Notes: a model not told the origin generated them from the sequence alone. 64,000 nt of DNA from an uncultured archaeon (GCA_964410585.1 CAYPFW010000002.1:1-64000); one strand, 5' to 3'; shown: positions 8,835 to 18,581, counted from the stretch's first letter. Numbers and translations are program-made.

Positions 8835-10412
8835 ATGGACTTAAAAGAGGCGCTAAAATCAAAGCTAACAAAAAAGGAATTTGGGCTACTAAAAACAAGT
8901 TTTGATGTTGTTGGTTCTGTTGCTATTTTGGAGATCCCAGAGGGTTTAGAAAAAAGAGAAAAATTGATTGCACGGGAGCTTCTAAACCTCCACAAAAACA
9001 TAAAAACCGTTTGCAAAAAGGTTGGAGAAAGGAAGGGTACATACAGACTTAGAAAATATAAGAAGATACTTGGAGATAGTTTTGAGACAGTACATGTTGA
9101 ATCTGGATGTGGATTCAAATTGGATATAAAGAAGGCTTATTTTTCTGTAAGAGAATCAACTGAGAGGCTGAGAATCGTAGAGCAAACAAAACCAGGGGAT
9201 AAAGTTCTGGTTCTTTTTTCAGGAGTCGGTCCATTTGGGATAATTTTGGCGAAAAAAACAGGCTGCTCTGTGGATATGGTTGAAATAAACCCAAATGCCT
9301 GCGAGTATGCAGAGGAAAATATTAGACTAAACAAGGTTTGGGACAAGGTTAAAAATTATTGTGGAGATGCTAGAGAAATCCTTCCTTCTTTAGGAATGGA
9401 AAACATTGGGATAAAATCTGGATGGAGATTGGAAGCTGTGAAAAATAGGTTGTGTGTCAACCCATCTATAGTTGAATTTCATCTTAGCTATGGTGATTTG
9501 GAAAACAATCCAGAGGAAATAAGAAAGTCAATAAAATTTTTGCAGAAAAAAGGCATTAAGGTGATGGTTCACCAACCTGTTTGTTATAAAGGGAAAGAAA
9601 TAGTCCTTGGTTCTGAAAAAGATTTTGAAACAGTTGAAAATGCAACAAAGGCGCTTTTGGATTTGATAAGAGGCTTTGATAATTGTTTAGGTTTGATAAT
9701 GCAACCAATAATGACAACAAAAGCTTCAGAGTGGGTTTCAACTGAAGAATTCAAATCCAACCTAAAAAAGCTCATCAAAAAATACCCGGAATTTGTGGGG
9801 AAGGTTTTTTTGGAAAATGTGTTCCCAAAAGTTTATTCAAAGGCAGAAGAGATAGAAGATGTTGTAAAGGAATTAATGTTGCACAAAATAGCAATAGATA
9901 CAGCACATTTCACAAACTCAAAACAGTCTTCAGATGACCTAATAAAACTTATAAAAAAATTGGAATGGGAAGGGGTTGAAATCTATTTCCACATAGCAGA
10001 CAGTGTTGGAAAAGAGGTTAATGGGATCGATTGCGTAAACTTGGGAAAGGGTATTGTTGATTTTGAAAAGCTAAAACAATACATAAGTTTTGGTATAATA
10101 GAAACGTTTAGTAGCGACGAAAAAACTGGAAAGGAAATTGTAGAAGATTATTTGTGGTTTTCAAAAATAAAGCAAAAAAAATATGACAAGATTCTGATGC
10201 CTTTACCTGAAACAGCTTACAAATATTTGGATCTTGCCAAAAACCATTTGGAGAAAAATGGAACAGTTTATTTGTATGCAATTGAAGGGAAGGAGAAGGG
10301 AGATATAGAAAAAGAAATCGAAAAACAGGGCTTTAAAATCATGAAAAAAAGGAATGTTCTTCCATATGCTCCTGGAGTTTGGAAGGTTTGTTGTGAGTTG
10401 AAAATTGCTTGA
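8835..10412 (+). CDS. Trm5/Taw2-family tRNA methyltransferase with an inserted AP-endonuclease-2/xylose-isomerase-like TIM barrel
   Basis: SFDVVGSVAI, AYFS.R...ER.RI, LFSGVGPF, EINP, GDARE, then a ~260-aa insert (FLEN, IDTAH, FHIADS), then YDKILMPLP...YAPG. Confidence 0.85.
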   Translation: MDLKEALKSKLTKKEFGLLKTSFDVVGSVAILEIPEGLEKREKLIARELLNLHKNIKTVCKKVGERKGTYRLRKYKKILGDSFETVHVESGCGFKLDIKKAYFSVRESTERLRIVEQTKPGDKVLVLFSGVGPFGIILAKKTGCSVDMVEINPNACEYAEENIRLNKVWDKVKNYCGDAREILPSLGMENIGIKSGWRLEAVKNRLCVNPSIVEFHLSYGDLENNPEEIRKSIKFLQKKGIKVMVHQPVCYKGKEIVLGSEKDFETVENATKALLDLIRGFDNCLGLIMQPIMTTKASEWVSTEEFKSNLKKLIKKYPEFVGKVFLENVFPKVYSKAEEIEDVVKELMLHKIAIDTAHFTNSKQSSDDLIKLIKKLEWEGVEIYFHIADSVGKEVNGIDCVNLGKGIVDFEKLKQYISFGIIETFSSDEKTGKEIVEDYLWFSKIKQKKYDKILMPLPETAYKYLDLAKNHLEKNGTVYLYAIEGKEKGDIEKEIEKQGFKIMKKRNVLPYAPGVWKVCCELKIA

Positions 10413-10502
10413 CTTTTGAAAATATGGTTTAAAGATCATGATGGATATAGTTAGCCAATTGATCCAATTCAAAGCATATTAAACCAAAATATATTATTGT
10501 AT

Positions 10503-11102
10503 ATGATCCTAGAAACAATCTCGCAAAAAGTTGGAAATTTTTTCAGCAAATTTGGTTCGCCGACAAAGTGGGTTATTTTGTCAATAATATTTACTGCTAT
10601 TGCTTCTTATTTCATTATCAAAGAAGTTTTTATCTACGCGTTTGTTGCATTTTTCTTGATTTGTGTTTTCGAATTGATAGACGGCTCTGTTAACAAATTA
10701 AACCCAACTAAAAGGTCAAGGCTTGGTACCTATCTAGATGCTGTTTCAAATGTTTACATAGAGGGTGTTATTTTGTTTTCGCTGCTCTTTGGATCTTTGC
10801 CTGATTTCTTTTTTCCAGTAAGAGGATGGATAGCAGTTTACATGTTTGGTTTCTTGGCAGCTTATTATGTTAAAGCAGCTTCAAGGGAAAAAGAGGTTTT
10901 AAGGACAGATGTAAAAGGCCTTTTGGAAAGATATGAGAGGTGGATCATTTTAGGAGTTGGTTTGTTGTTGGCTGTTTCCGATCATTTGTACTTGACCTAC
11001 ATTGTTGTTATTTTGGCAATACTTGTGAACTTGTCAGCTTTCCAGAGGATATATGCAGCTGTGACATATTCTAGGAACAAGTTTAGTGCAGTTAAAGTAT
11101 AA
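10503..11102 (+). CDS. CDP-alcohol phosphatidyltransferase family membrane protein (degenerate motif)
   Basis: DG...G.YLD, YVKA, GLLER.ER, QRI; several TM helices. Confidence 0.8.
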   Translation: MILETISQKVGNFFSKFGSPTKWVILSIIFTAIASYFIIKEVFIYAFVAFFLICVFELIDGSVNKLNPTKRSRLGTYLDAVSNVYIEGVILFSLLFGSLPDFFFPVRGWIAVYMFGFLAAYYVKAASREKEVLRTDVKGLLERYERWIILGVGLLLAVSDHLYLTYIVVILAILVNLSAFQRIYAAVTYSRNKFSAVKV

Positions 11103-11215
11103 CACTGTTATATCGATATACATCAACCTATTTCTATAAACTTTTGATCCGTGCAAACCTTTATATAGTAGTAGAACCTACTACTTAATAGTAACAACTA
11201 AATAAGGAGGAAAAT

Positions 11216-11413
11216 ATGAGCTATAGAAGAGTAATGGGCGACATCGAACACGGAAAAAGACTACCAGGAAAAAATTGGAAACAAATGGAAACTGTAGGCA
11301 GACAAGTATGTGAAGATGGAAACCCACAATATCTAGAAGCCTTCACAATGGGTCAAAACACTGGAACTGGATATGTAAATGATGGGAGAAGGTTGAAGGT
11401 CAGACTTGTTTAA
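11216..11413 (+). CDS. Small hypothetical protein
   Basis: AGGAGG RBS and upstream TTTATATA box. Confidence 0.7.
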   Translation: MSYRRVMGDIEHGKRLPGKNWKQMETVGRQVCEDGNPQYLEAFTMGQNTGTGYVNDGRRLKVRLV

Positions 11414-11454
11414 TCTCTTTTCGTTTTTAGAGTTTTATTATATTTAGGAGAAAT

Positions 11455-12294
11455 ATGGATTCGTATAGTGTGGGTGGTTTTCCTGATGGTGTTTCCAGAT
11501 ACAATGGTAGAAAATGGGAGCCACAAAGAGACTATCCAATTATTATTAAACATGGAGTTAGAGATAGGGTTAGTGTTGAAACTGGAGATGCTGTAGATGC
11601 ATTTCATAAAGTGTTAGATACACAAAGACATTGGGATAAACCTGGAACAAGTGGAAGAGTTTTCAAGTATGATATTTTATCTGGAAAGGGTGTTTCCAGA
11701 ACTCAGTGGGAAAAAATGTCAAGAATCGAACAAAATGAATTTCTTGTTAGAAGTGGATTAGTCAGGGTTCAAGGTCAAGCTCAATCTTACTCAAAACCAG
11801 CTGAACCAGACACAGTAAATATTTCACCACAGGCAATGGCTGCTTCTAGAGGAGAACGAATTGATCCAAATCCATCAGACCAATTGATTGAGGAAAATGT
11901 TTTTAGAAGAATTGCTAGAGGAGAATTAGAAGCTCGAGGAAAAAAACCAACAGACGAAGAAGTAGAGAGGGGCGCAAGAATTGTAAGAGCTATGAGCTAT
12001 AATATTGATGCTAACAGAGCTCAGGGAATTTATACAGAAGCCCAGAGGCAAGAAGTAAAAATGGAAAAAATAAGAGCATCTAGAGAGGGAACTGATAAAT
12101 CGGAGCCAAAAAGAAATTTACAACCGACAATCGAGACACCAAAAGCAAAGGCTTTATTTGAATCAGCACAACCACCTAAACCAAGTTCACCTCAAAAACC
12201 AGTTCAAACTGACTTGTTTGCAAACCTTCCAGATCCAAAACCAAAAATTAAAACTATAAATTATTTGGGAGAAGGGGTAGACGTAGTCATTTAA
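11455..12294 (+). CDS. Hypothetical protein with a Pro/Lys-rich tail
   Basis: AGGAG RBS; 279-aa ORF. Confidence 0.7.
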   Translation: MDSYSVGGFPDGVSRYNGRKWEPQRDYPIIIKHGVRDRVSVETGDAVDAFHKVLDTQRHWDKPGTSGRVFKYDILSGKGVSRTQWEKMSRIEQNEFLVRSGLVRVQGQAQSYSKPAEPDTVNISPQAMAASRGERIDPNPSDQLIEENVFRRIARGELEARGKKPTDEEVERGARIVRAMSYNIDANRAQGIYTEAQRQEVKMEKIRASREGTDKSEPKRNLQPTIETPKAKALFESAQPPKPSSPQKPVQTDLFANLPDPKPKIKTINYLGEGVDVVI

Positions 12295-12364
12295 AATTTC
12301 TTCACAATAGCTAGCCTTTTAGAGCCTTCCGGCTTCTGCAAAAGGCCACTGTACCCAAAACCGC

Positions 12365-13804
12365 CTAAAACTTCTCCACAACTTGTACATCGTGTGGATA
12401 GCTTTCTTTCAAACCAGCTGATGTAATGCGAATAAACTCGGCGTTTTGGTGCAATTCTTTTATTGTTCTAGCTCCGCAGTAGCTCATTCCACTCTTCAAA
12501 CCACCCATTAATTGGGTTAGCAATTCTTTGATGTTTCCTGTGTAAGGAACAAGCGACTCAACACCTTCTGCAACTATCCTATCAACAGGCTTGTGGTTTT
12601 TGATTTCTGTTTCCTTTGTCTGTCTATTTACAGATGCGTGGAAAGATGCCATTCCTCTATAGAATTTGTATTTCCTTCCGTTTTTATTTATTGAAACACC
12701 TGGACTCTCATCTGTCCCTGCAAACAAACTTCCAATCATCACTGATTCTGCGCCAGCAGCTAAGGCCTTTGATATATCACCTGATTTTTGTATTCCTCCA
12801 TCTGCGTTCACTGGTATATCATATTCTTTTGCAACAGAAACAGCATCTAGGACAGCTGTTAATTGAGGCACACCTGCACCTGAAACAATGCGTGTGGAAC
12901 AGACAGCCCCCGGACCCACACCTACCTTAATTGCATCTGCGCCTGCTTCTATTAAATCTTTTGTGCCTTGTGCTGTTGCAACATTTCCTGCAATTATTTC
13001 AACTGTCCTGAAATTTTCCTTCAGTGTTTTTATTGTTTGTATTTCCTGTTCAGAATGTCCATGTGCTATATCCACAACAATTGCATCGCAACCTGCTTTC
13101 AAGAGAGCTTCTGTTCTTTCAAGATAGTCTTTCACGCCAATTGCAGCCCCAACAAGCAGCCTTCCTCGCCTATCTTTGGCCGCTTTAGGATATTGTTCCC
13201 TTTTGATAATGTCTTTTACAGTTATCAGTCCCTGCAAATGAAAATCTGGATCAACCAAAGGAAGTTTTTCTATTTTGTTTTGTGCAAGTATTTTCTTGGC
13301 CTCTTCAGAAGAAATGCCATATGGAGCTGTTATCAAATCTTGTTTTTTTGTCATCAAGTCAGAGACTTTTTTGGAATCATCTGTTTCAAATCTAATATCC
13401 CTGTTTGTTAAAATACCAGACAGTGTTCCTGTTGGATCAACAATCAAAATCCCTTTCACTCCGTGCATTTCCATGAATTGTTTTGCTTGACCAAGAGTTG
13501 TATCTGGGAGCAAAGTATATGGATGCTCGATAATTATGTTTTGCGACCTTTTCACTTTTAGAACTTGTATAGCTTGATCTTCTATGCTCAAAAACCTATG
13601 GATTATTCCTATCCCACCTTCTAGAGCCATTGAAATAGCCATCGCAGATTCGGTCACAGTGTCCATGTTTGAGCTTACAATAGGAATGTTCAATTTTATA
13701 TTCCTAGAAAGTCGTGTGGATGTATCAGCCTCATCTCTTGATGTTAGAGAAGTTTTTTTTGGAACAAGCAAAACATCGTCATATGTAAGACCTTCACGTA
13801 TCAT
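12365..13804 (-). CDS. guaB: Inosine-5'-monophosphate dehydrogenase
   Basis: [13 protein letters not shown] pair, [24 protein letters not shown]. Confidence 0.97.
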   Translation of the reverse strand: MIREGLTYDDVLLVPKKTSLTSRDEADTSTRLSRNIKLNIPIVSSNMDTVTESAMAISMALEGGIGIIHRFLSIEDQAIQVLKVKRSQNIIIEHPYTLLPDTTLGQAKQFMEMHGVKGILIVDPTGTLSGILTNRDIRFETDDSKKVSDLMTKKQDLITAPYGISSEEAKKILAQNKIEKLPLVDPDFHLQGLITVKDIIKREQYPKAAKDRRGRLLVGAAIGVKDYLERTEALLKAGCDAIVVDIAHGHSEQEIQTIKTLKENFRTVEIIAGNVATAQGTKDLIEAGADAIKVGVGPGAVCSTRIVSGAGVPQLTAVLDAVSVAKEYDIPVNADGGIQKSGDISKALAAGAESVMIGSLFAGTDESPGVSINKNGRKYKFYRGMASFHASVNRQTKETEIKNHKPVDRIVAEGVESLVPYTGNIKELLTQLMGGLKSGMSYCGARTIKELHQNAEFIRITSAGLKESYPHDVQVVEKF

Positions 13805-13918
13805 AAGCCTCAAAAATAAATCTCCCCCTTTACTTTATGGTATGAAAATATTTAAAGATATCAAAAACCTTTGGAAACAAAAACCAATTTATTCTATCAA
13901 TCCAATATAAATGAAATT

Positions 13919-15013
13919 ATGAACGAGATCGAGCTAACTCAAGAACTTGTTGAAATAAATTCCCAAAACCCAACACACAGCGAAAAGGAAATAGCGCTAT
14001 ACATTAAGGATTTTTTAGAAGATTTGAAAATGTATGCTGAGGTTGAAGAGTTTCAAAAAAATAGATCGAGTGTTGTTGCTTCTCTTGGAAAAGGTGAGGG
14101 CTTGCTTTTGAATGGTCATATAGACACTGTACCAGAGGTGGCTGGTTGGACAAAGGATCCTTTCAAAGGAAAAATAGAAGCTAACAAGATTTTTGGCCTT
14201 GGTTCTTCGGATATGAAGGGTGGTGTAGCAGCAATACTTTCAGCTGTTTCAAAATTAGCCAAAGAAAAATTCAAGCGAAAGCTCCTGCTTACATTTGTTG
14301 CAGACGAAGAAGTTGGCCAAATGGGCTCTGAACATTTGATAGAAAAAAGGAAGGATTTGTTCAAAGATGTTGAATATGGGATAGTTGCAGAACCAACTGA
14401 TTTGAAAATAGAAATTGCTCAAAAAGGTGTTGTTGATTTTAAGGTTTGGTTTTCTGGGAAATCGGCTCATGGCTCAAGACCAGAAGAAGGCGACAATGCG
14501 ATTTACAAAGCAACTGCTTTTATAGAAGAAGTAAAAATTTTGATAAAAGAGCTAGAAAAAACAAAACATAAACTTTTAGGTTCTGGAACAATAAATATAG
14601 GAAAGATAGAAGGCGGAGTCAAAATCAACATAGTTCCGGATTCTTGTGTTATAGAGGTTGACAGAAGGCTGATTCCGGGGGAAACTCCAGAATTGGCTAA
14701 AACCCAGCTAGAAAATATATTGAAAAAACTTCATCTGGACGGAAAGATTGAACAGGTTGTTGGAAGGCATCCTCTGCTTGTCTCTGAAAAATCGCTAATT
14801 GTTGAAGAAATACAAAAAATAAGAAAATCTGAAATAACTTTTGCTGCAGGATACACAGAAGCTGAACTGTACAAAACAAAAGCAGGTGTTGAGTGCATTG
14901 TTTTTGGTCCGGGAAACCACAAAATCCACTGCCCAGATGAATACATTGAGATTGACAAACTAAAAGAAGCGACCCAAATATATGAGAAATTGATTAGGAA
15001 TTGGTGTTTGTGA
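13919..15013 (+). CDS. M20 metallopeptidase (ArgE/DapE-like)
   Basis: NGHIDTVP, G.GSSDMKGG, DEE, AEPT, AHGS.P, H.PDE. Confidence 0.92.
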   Translation: MNEIELTQELVEINSQNPTHSEKEIALYIKDFLEDLKMYAEVEEFQKNRSSVVASLGKGEGLLLNGHIDTVPEVAGWTKDPFKGKIEANKIFGLGSSDMKGGVAAILSAVSKLAKEKFKRKLLLTFVADEEVGQMGSEHLIEKRKDLFKDVEYGIVAEPTDLKIEIAQKGVVDFKVWFSGKSAHGSRPEEGDNAIYKATAFIEEVKILIKELEKTKHKLLGSGTINIGKIEGGVKINIVPDSCVIEVDRRLIPGETPELAKTQLENILKKLHLDGKIEQVVGRHPLLVSEKSLIVEEIQKIRKSEITFAAGYTEAELYKTKAGVECIVFGPGNHKIHCPDEYIEIDKLKEATQIYEKLIRNWCL

Positions 15014-15097
15014 TACCATCCCACCAAAGCTATTTATATTCTCTTTCTAAGTATGTTTAGGTGAAAAATTGCACAAAGCAATGAACTATGCAAATAG

Positions 15098-15409
15098 GTG
15101 AGTGTCTTCACAAAGAGAAGCAAGGAAGTTTTGGATACTCAGAAGTATAGTTTTTCAAAATCTGTTTTTGTTAAAGTTGATTCTAAGGGAAGAATTTCTA
15201 TACCTTCTTTTTTGAGAAAAAATCTTGATCTTCAAACAGGGGATTCTTTAGAGCTAATTTTTGATTTGAGTATAAATTGTTTCATTGTCCAGAATGGTGT
15301 AATTGGTAGCACAAAGGACTGTGAATCCTTTAGTTCGAGTTCAAGTCTCGATTCTGGTCTGTTTAGCGGAAGGCGTAATCGAACGAGGAGGGATTTTTAT
15401 GAAAGGTGA
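15098..15409 (+). CDS. AbrB/MraZ/SpoVT-family DNA-binding protein whose 3' part reads through tRNA-His
   Basis: KVDSKGRISIPSFLRKNLDLQTGDSLEL swapped-hairpin motif; stop overlaps the hisG GTG (GTGA). Confidence 0.8.
   Translation: MSVFTKRSKEVLDTQKYSFSKSVFVKVDSKGRISIPSFLRKNLDLQTGDSLELIFDLSINCFIVQNGVIGSTKDCESFSSSSSLDSGLFSGRRNRTRRDFYER
15287..15359 (+). tRNA. tRNA-His(GTG) or tRNA-His mimic, with encoded G-1 and C73 and a U1-U72 mismatch
   Basis: G-TCCAGAA TG GTGT AATTGGTA GCAC A AAGGA CTGTGAA TCCTT TAGT TCGAG TTCAAGT CTCGA TTCTGGT C. Confidence 0.88.
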
Positions 15410-16050
15410 GTATCTTCATTGCTTATCCAGATGGAAGAATTGGAAGAGAAGCCAGAACGATATTTATTGATGGATTTGGCTCTGCACCAGATATAGAAAA
15501 TAGAAATAGAAGACAAGTTATGGGAAAGTATGAATATATGATAACCAAAGCAAGGAATGTGCCTAGGGCTGTTGAACAAGGATGCTTGTTTGGTTTAACT
15601 GGTCTAGACTTTTTGAAAGAGTATGGTAATCCAGATCTGGTTATTATAAGGGATCTTATGCCGTTTTGTAAAAGTAGAGTTGTTCTGTTTGAACCAAGTG
15701 ATGGATATTTGTCTCCGCGAGTTGTCACAGTTTATCCAAACATTGCCAGAAAATATTTAGAAGATACAAGCCCATACGGAGATCCGTGGGAACTAATGGT
15801 TTTGTCAGGAGAAACAGAAAGTTGGGTTGCCTCTGGTATGGCTGGAAGAGGAATAGATGTTGTCGAGTCGGGAAAAACATTGGAAGAAACAGGACTGATT
15901 ATTAGCGATACTATCATGAGAAGTAATGCAGTTATAATAGCAAGGAAAGACAATATAGATATTGTCAACAGTTTATACAAAGGCATACTTGTCGATCCAC
16001 GGGCACCGCGCCCAAAGCTTGAGGGTCACAGTTTTAGTGATGGTGGATAA
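15406..16050 (+). CDS. hisG: ATP phosphoribosyltransferase, short form (divergent)
   Basis: IAYPDGR, G.TGLD.L.E, VT.YPNIARKY, SGETE, DVVESGKTL..TGL; no C-terminal regulatory domain. Confidence 0.85.
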   Translation: MSIFIAYPDGRIGREARTIFIDGFGSAPDIENRNRRQVMGKYEYMITKARNVPRAVEQGCLFGLTGLDFLKEYGNPDLVIIRDLMPFCKSRVVLFEPSDGYLSPRVVTVYPNIARKYLEDTSPYGDPWELMVLSGETESWVASGMAGRGIDVVESGKTLEETGLIISDTIMRSNAVIIARKDNIDIVNSLYKGILVDPRAPRPKLEGHSFSDGG

Positions 16051-16051
16051 T

Positions 16052-17377
16052 ATGAGCAAATTTCAAGAAGAAGCCGGAAACCGACAAAGTCGGTTTCAAG
16101 CTGTGAAAGGCATGAGGGATTTTTGGCCAGGAGAAATGGTTAAACGACAGTTTGTTTTAGATGTGATTAGGAAGACAGCTGAGAAATGGGGCTTCCTTCC
16201 AATGGATACGCCTGCTTTGGAAAGCTTTGAATTGCTCGCAGCAAAAGGTGGTGGTGGGGAAGAAATCAAAAAAGAAATTTATTATTTCAAGGACCAAGGA
16301 GACAGAGAGCTTGGTTTGAGATTTGATTTAACTGTACCAACTGCGAGGGTTATTGCTTCTAAACTAGATCTTCCTCTGCCGTTCAAAAGATATCAGACAG
16401 GAAAGGTTTGGAGATATGATAATCCACAGGCCGGTCGCTACAGAGAATTCCAACAATTTGATTTGGATATATTTGGCTCAACAAAACCAGAAGCAGATGC
16501 AGAAATTATTGCTGCGACTTGCGATGTGTTCGACAGTCTCGGCTTTGAAGACTTTGTGATCAGATTGAATAATAGAAAACTAATCGAGGCCTTTGTGCAG
16601 TCTTTAAAAATAGAAAATGTTGTTGATGTTTTCAGGTCAGTTGATAAACTGGACAAAATAGGCGAGGACGGGGTAAAAAAGGAGTTGGTAGGAAAACTAA
16701 AAGATGAAAAGAAAATCCAGAAGATTTTGAATTTCATAAAAACAAAAGGAGATGTCAAAGTTTTGGACAAAATAGAAAAATTGGTTGGTACTGACCTCGG
16801 AAAAACCGCAATACAGGAGCTCAGAGTTGTCATAGAATGCATCAAAGCGTTTGGTTATGACAAAAACGTGCAGATTGATTTGAGTTTAATTAGAGGACTG
16901 GAGTACTACACGGGTTCTGTTTTTGAGGTTGCTGTTTCAGGAGGCAAACTTTCTTTAGCTGGTGGTGGAAGGTACGACAACATGATTGAAGCCTTTGGTG
17001 GAAGGAAGACGCCTGCTGTTGGTATTGGCCTTGGTTTTGAGAGGATTGTTGATACAATGATCCAAAACAGTATGGTGAGAGTCGAACCGCCAATCAAACT
17101 TTTTGTTGTTGCAGTAAACGATGCTGTGAGAATAGATGCCTTGAAAATTTGCCAAAGATTTAGAAGAGAAGGCATACCTTCAGACTTTGATGTTTCTGGC
17201 AAAAATCTTTCTGGGCAATTGAAATATGCAAGCTCTGCATCTATTCCTTGGGTTATTTTTGTCGGAGAAAAGGAGTTGAAAGAGAAAAAATTCAAGTTAA
17301 GGGACATGGTTTGTGGAGAGGAAAAAACAGCTTCTTTGGAAGAGTTGGTGAAAGAGTTTAGGAAGGCTGAAAAATAA
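16052..17377 (+). CDS. hisS: Histidine--tRNA ligase
   Basis: KGMRDF, LRFDLTVP, WRYDNPQAGRYREF.Q, RGLEYYTG, GGGRYD, C-terminal anticodon-binding domain. Confidence 0.97.
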   Translation: MSKFQEEAGNRQSRFQAVKGMRDFWPGEMVKRQFVLDVIRKTAEKWGFLPMDTPALESFELLAAKGGGGEEIKKEIYYFKDQGDRELGLRFDLTVPTARVIASKLDLPLPFKRYQTGKVWRYDNPQAGRYREFQQFDLDIFGSTKPEADAEIIAATCDVFDSLGFEDFVIRLNNRKLIEAFVQSLKIENVVDVFRSVDKLDKIGEDGVKKELVGKLKDEKKIQKILNFIKTKGDVKVLDKIEKLVGTDLGKTAIQELRVVIECIKAFGYDKNVQIDLSLIRGLEYYTGSVFEVAVSGGKLSLAGGGRYDNMIEAFGGRKTPAVGIGLGFERIVDTMIQNSMVRVEPPIKLFVVAVNDAVRIDALKICQRFRREGIPSDFDVSGKNLSGQLKYASSASIPWVIFVGEKELKEKKFKLRDMVCGEEKTASLEELVKEFRKAEK

Positions 17378-17409
17378 GCATAAAAAACTTACTGTTCAAA
17401 TAGCCTGAT

Positions 17410-18477
17410 ATGGTTCAGCTTACTTTTGTTGAAGGAAGGAGAAATCCGCCACTCGAAACTTTTTATCTTGGAGAACTTACTCATTTTGGACAAGTTTCAT
17501 CCTTGGATGTTTTGAGGCTCAGAAATGTGCCTACATTGGCTCAACTCCAACACGCATATTTTGGCAAAAAAGATGATGGTTCTTTTGTCTGTCCAGAATA
17601 CAGGGATCAATGCAGAACTTCTTCTGGAAAAGGAGAACGCACAAGCACGTATATTGATTTGAAAAAAGGCCTTGTCATAGTCAACCCGGAAAAAATAGAA
17701 TATGTAAAAGAAGATGATGATGTGCATACAGAAGGTGGGAAAGTTTTCAGGTTAGGAAAAGATTGTCCAGATATTATAGCTGAGATAAAAAGGAATAAAT
17801 CATGTTGGGTCGATGCTCATGTTAGTGAGTTTGATCCTATCACAGGTTTGCCGTCAAAGCTTCACGATTATAAAACAACTCAGCGAATTGCTGAAGCTTG
17901 CATTGAGTTTGACTCTGTCGATGCCAACGAGCGTGGAAGACCATACTACGGATTGAAAGCTCCTCACTTTAGGTCTGTTTTACGTCTAGCTAAGAGGAGT
18001 CGATACAGAGATGAAATAGATTCATTTACTGTCCACATTTCAACACCTGCTCTTAAATCTGTTAGAAACTGGTCTATTTTACCACAACAGCCAAAGGATC
18101 CAACTACTCGAGCACTAGAACAAATTGCAAATGACGAGTGCATGTCTGAAGCTGCTATGACTCTAAGGCAAAGTGTTGAAAGCCCTTATAATGTTGCTGT
18201 TGGTTCAAGATGGGTGAATGAGTCTCAACCAATAGAAATTGGTGTCCGCACTGTCATGATACCATCTGCGACACTTGGAGACCATGGTTCAGGCCATATA
18301 CTTTTGACATCAGAGCAGTACAATGATCTTGTTCTAAAGGCAGGGCTCCTTGAAAAAGTTGGCCGTGCAATTTTGCGACCAGTTGAACAGCGAGAAAGGG
18401 CAGCTGAACATGGTGCAAAGATTATAGATAGTGTATTTGGGCACAATAACCATTTTGTTTATATGGAAGATGAATAG
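17410..18477 (+). CDS. Hypothetical protein
   Basis: 355-aa ORF; no motif recognised. Confidence 0.7.
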   Translation: MVQLTFVEGRRNPPLETFYLGELTHFGQVSSLDVLRLRNVPTLAQLQHAYFGKKDDGSFVCPEYRDQCRTSSGKGERTSTYIDLKKGLVIVNPEKIEYVKEDDDVHTEGGKVFRLGKDCPDIIAEIKRNKSCWVDAHVSEFDPITGLPSKLHDYKTTQRIAEACIEFDSVDANERGRPYYGLKAPHFRSVLRLAKRSRYRDEIDSFTVHISTPALKSVRNWSILPQQPKDPTTRALEQIANDECMSEAAMTLRQSVESPYNVAVGSRWVNESQPIEIGVRTVMIPSATLGDHGSGHILLTSEQYNDLVLKAGLLEKVGRAILRPVEQRERAAEHGAKIIDSVFGHNNHFVYMEDE

Positions 18478-18523
18478 ATTGAAAGATAAATCTAGCTAAT
18501 TTCTATAAATTGTTTTGAGAAAA

Positions 18524-18581
18524 TACCATTTATTTGGTACTCAGTGAACATTTTATCTAACTAAATACCAATTTATTGGTA
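18524..18581. promoter_or_regulatory. Two 16-bp palindromic operator-like sites, TACCA-N6-TGGTA, 42 bp apart
   Basis: TACCATTTATTTGGTA (18524) and TACCAATTTATTGGTA (18566), upstream of TTTATAAA at about 18637. Confidence 0.6.

Noticed and set aside
9396-10175. Trm5 insert (and the ThrRS insert) as inteins
   Set aside because: No N-terminal Cys/Ser block, no C-terminal His-Asn followed by Cys/Ser/Thr, and no LAGLIDADG motif; both look like metabolic domains.
15962-16051. N-terminal extension of HisRS given by the ORF track
   Set aside because: It overlaps hisG; ATG 16052, 1 nt after the hisG stop and preceded by GGTGG, is the better start.
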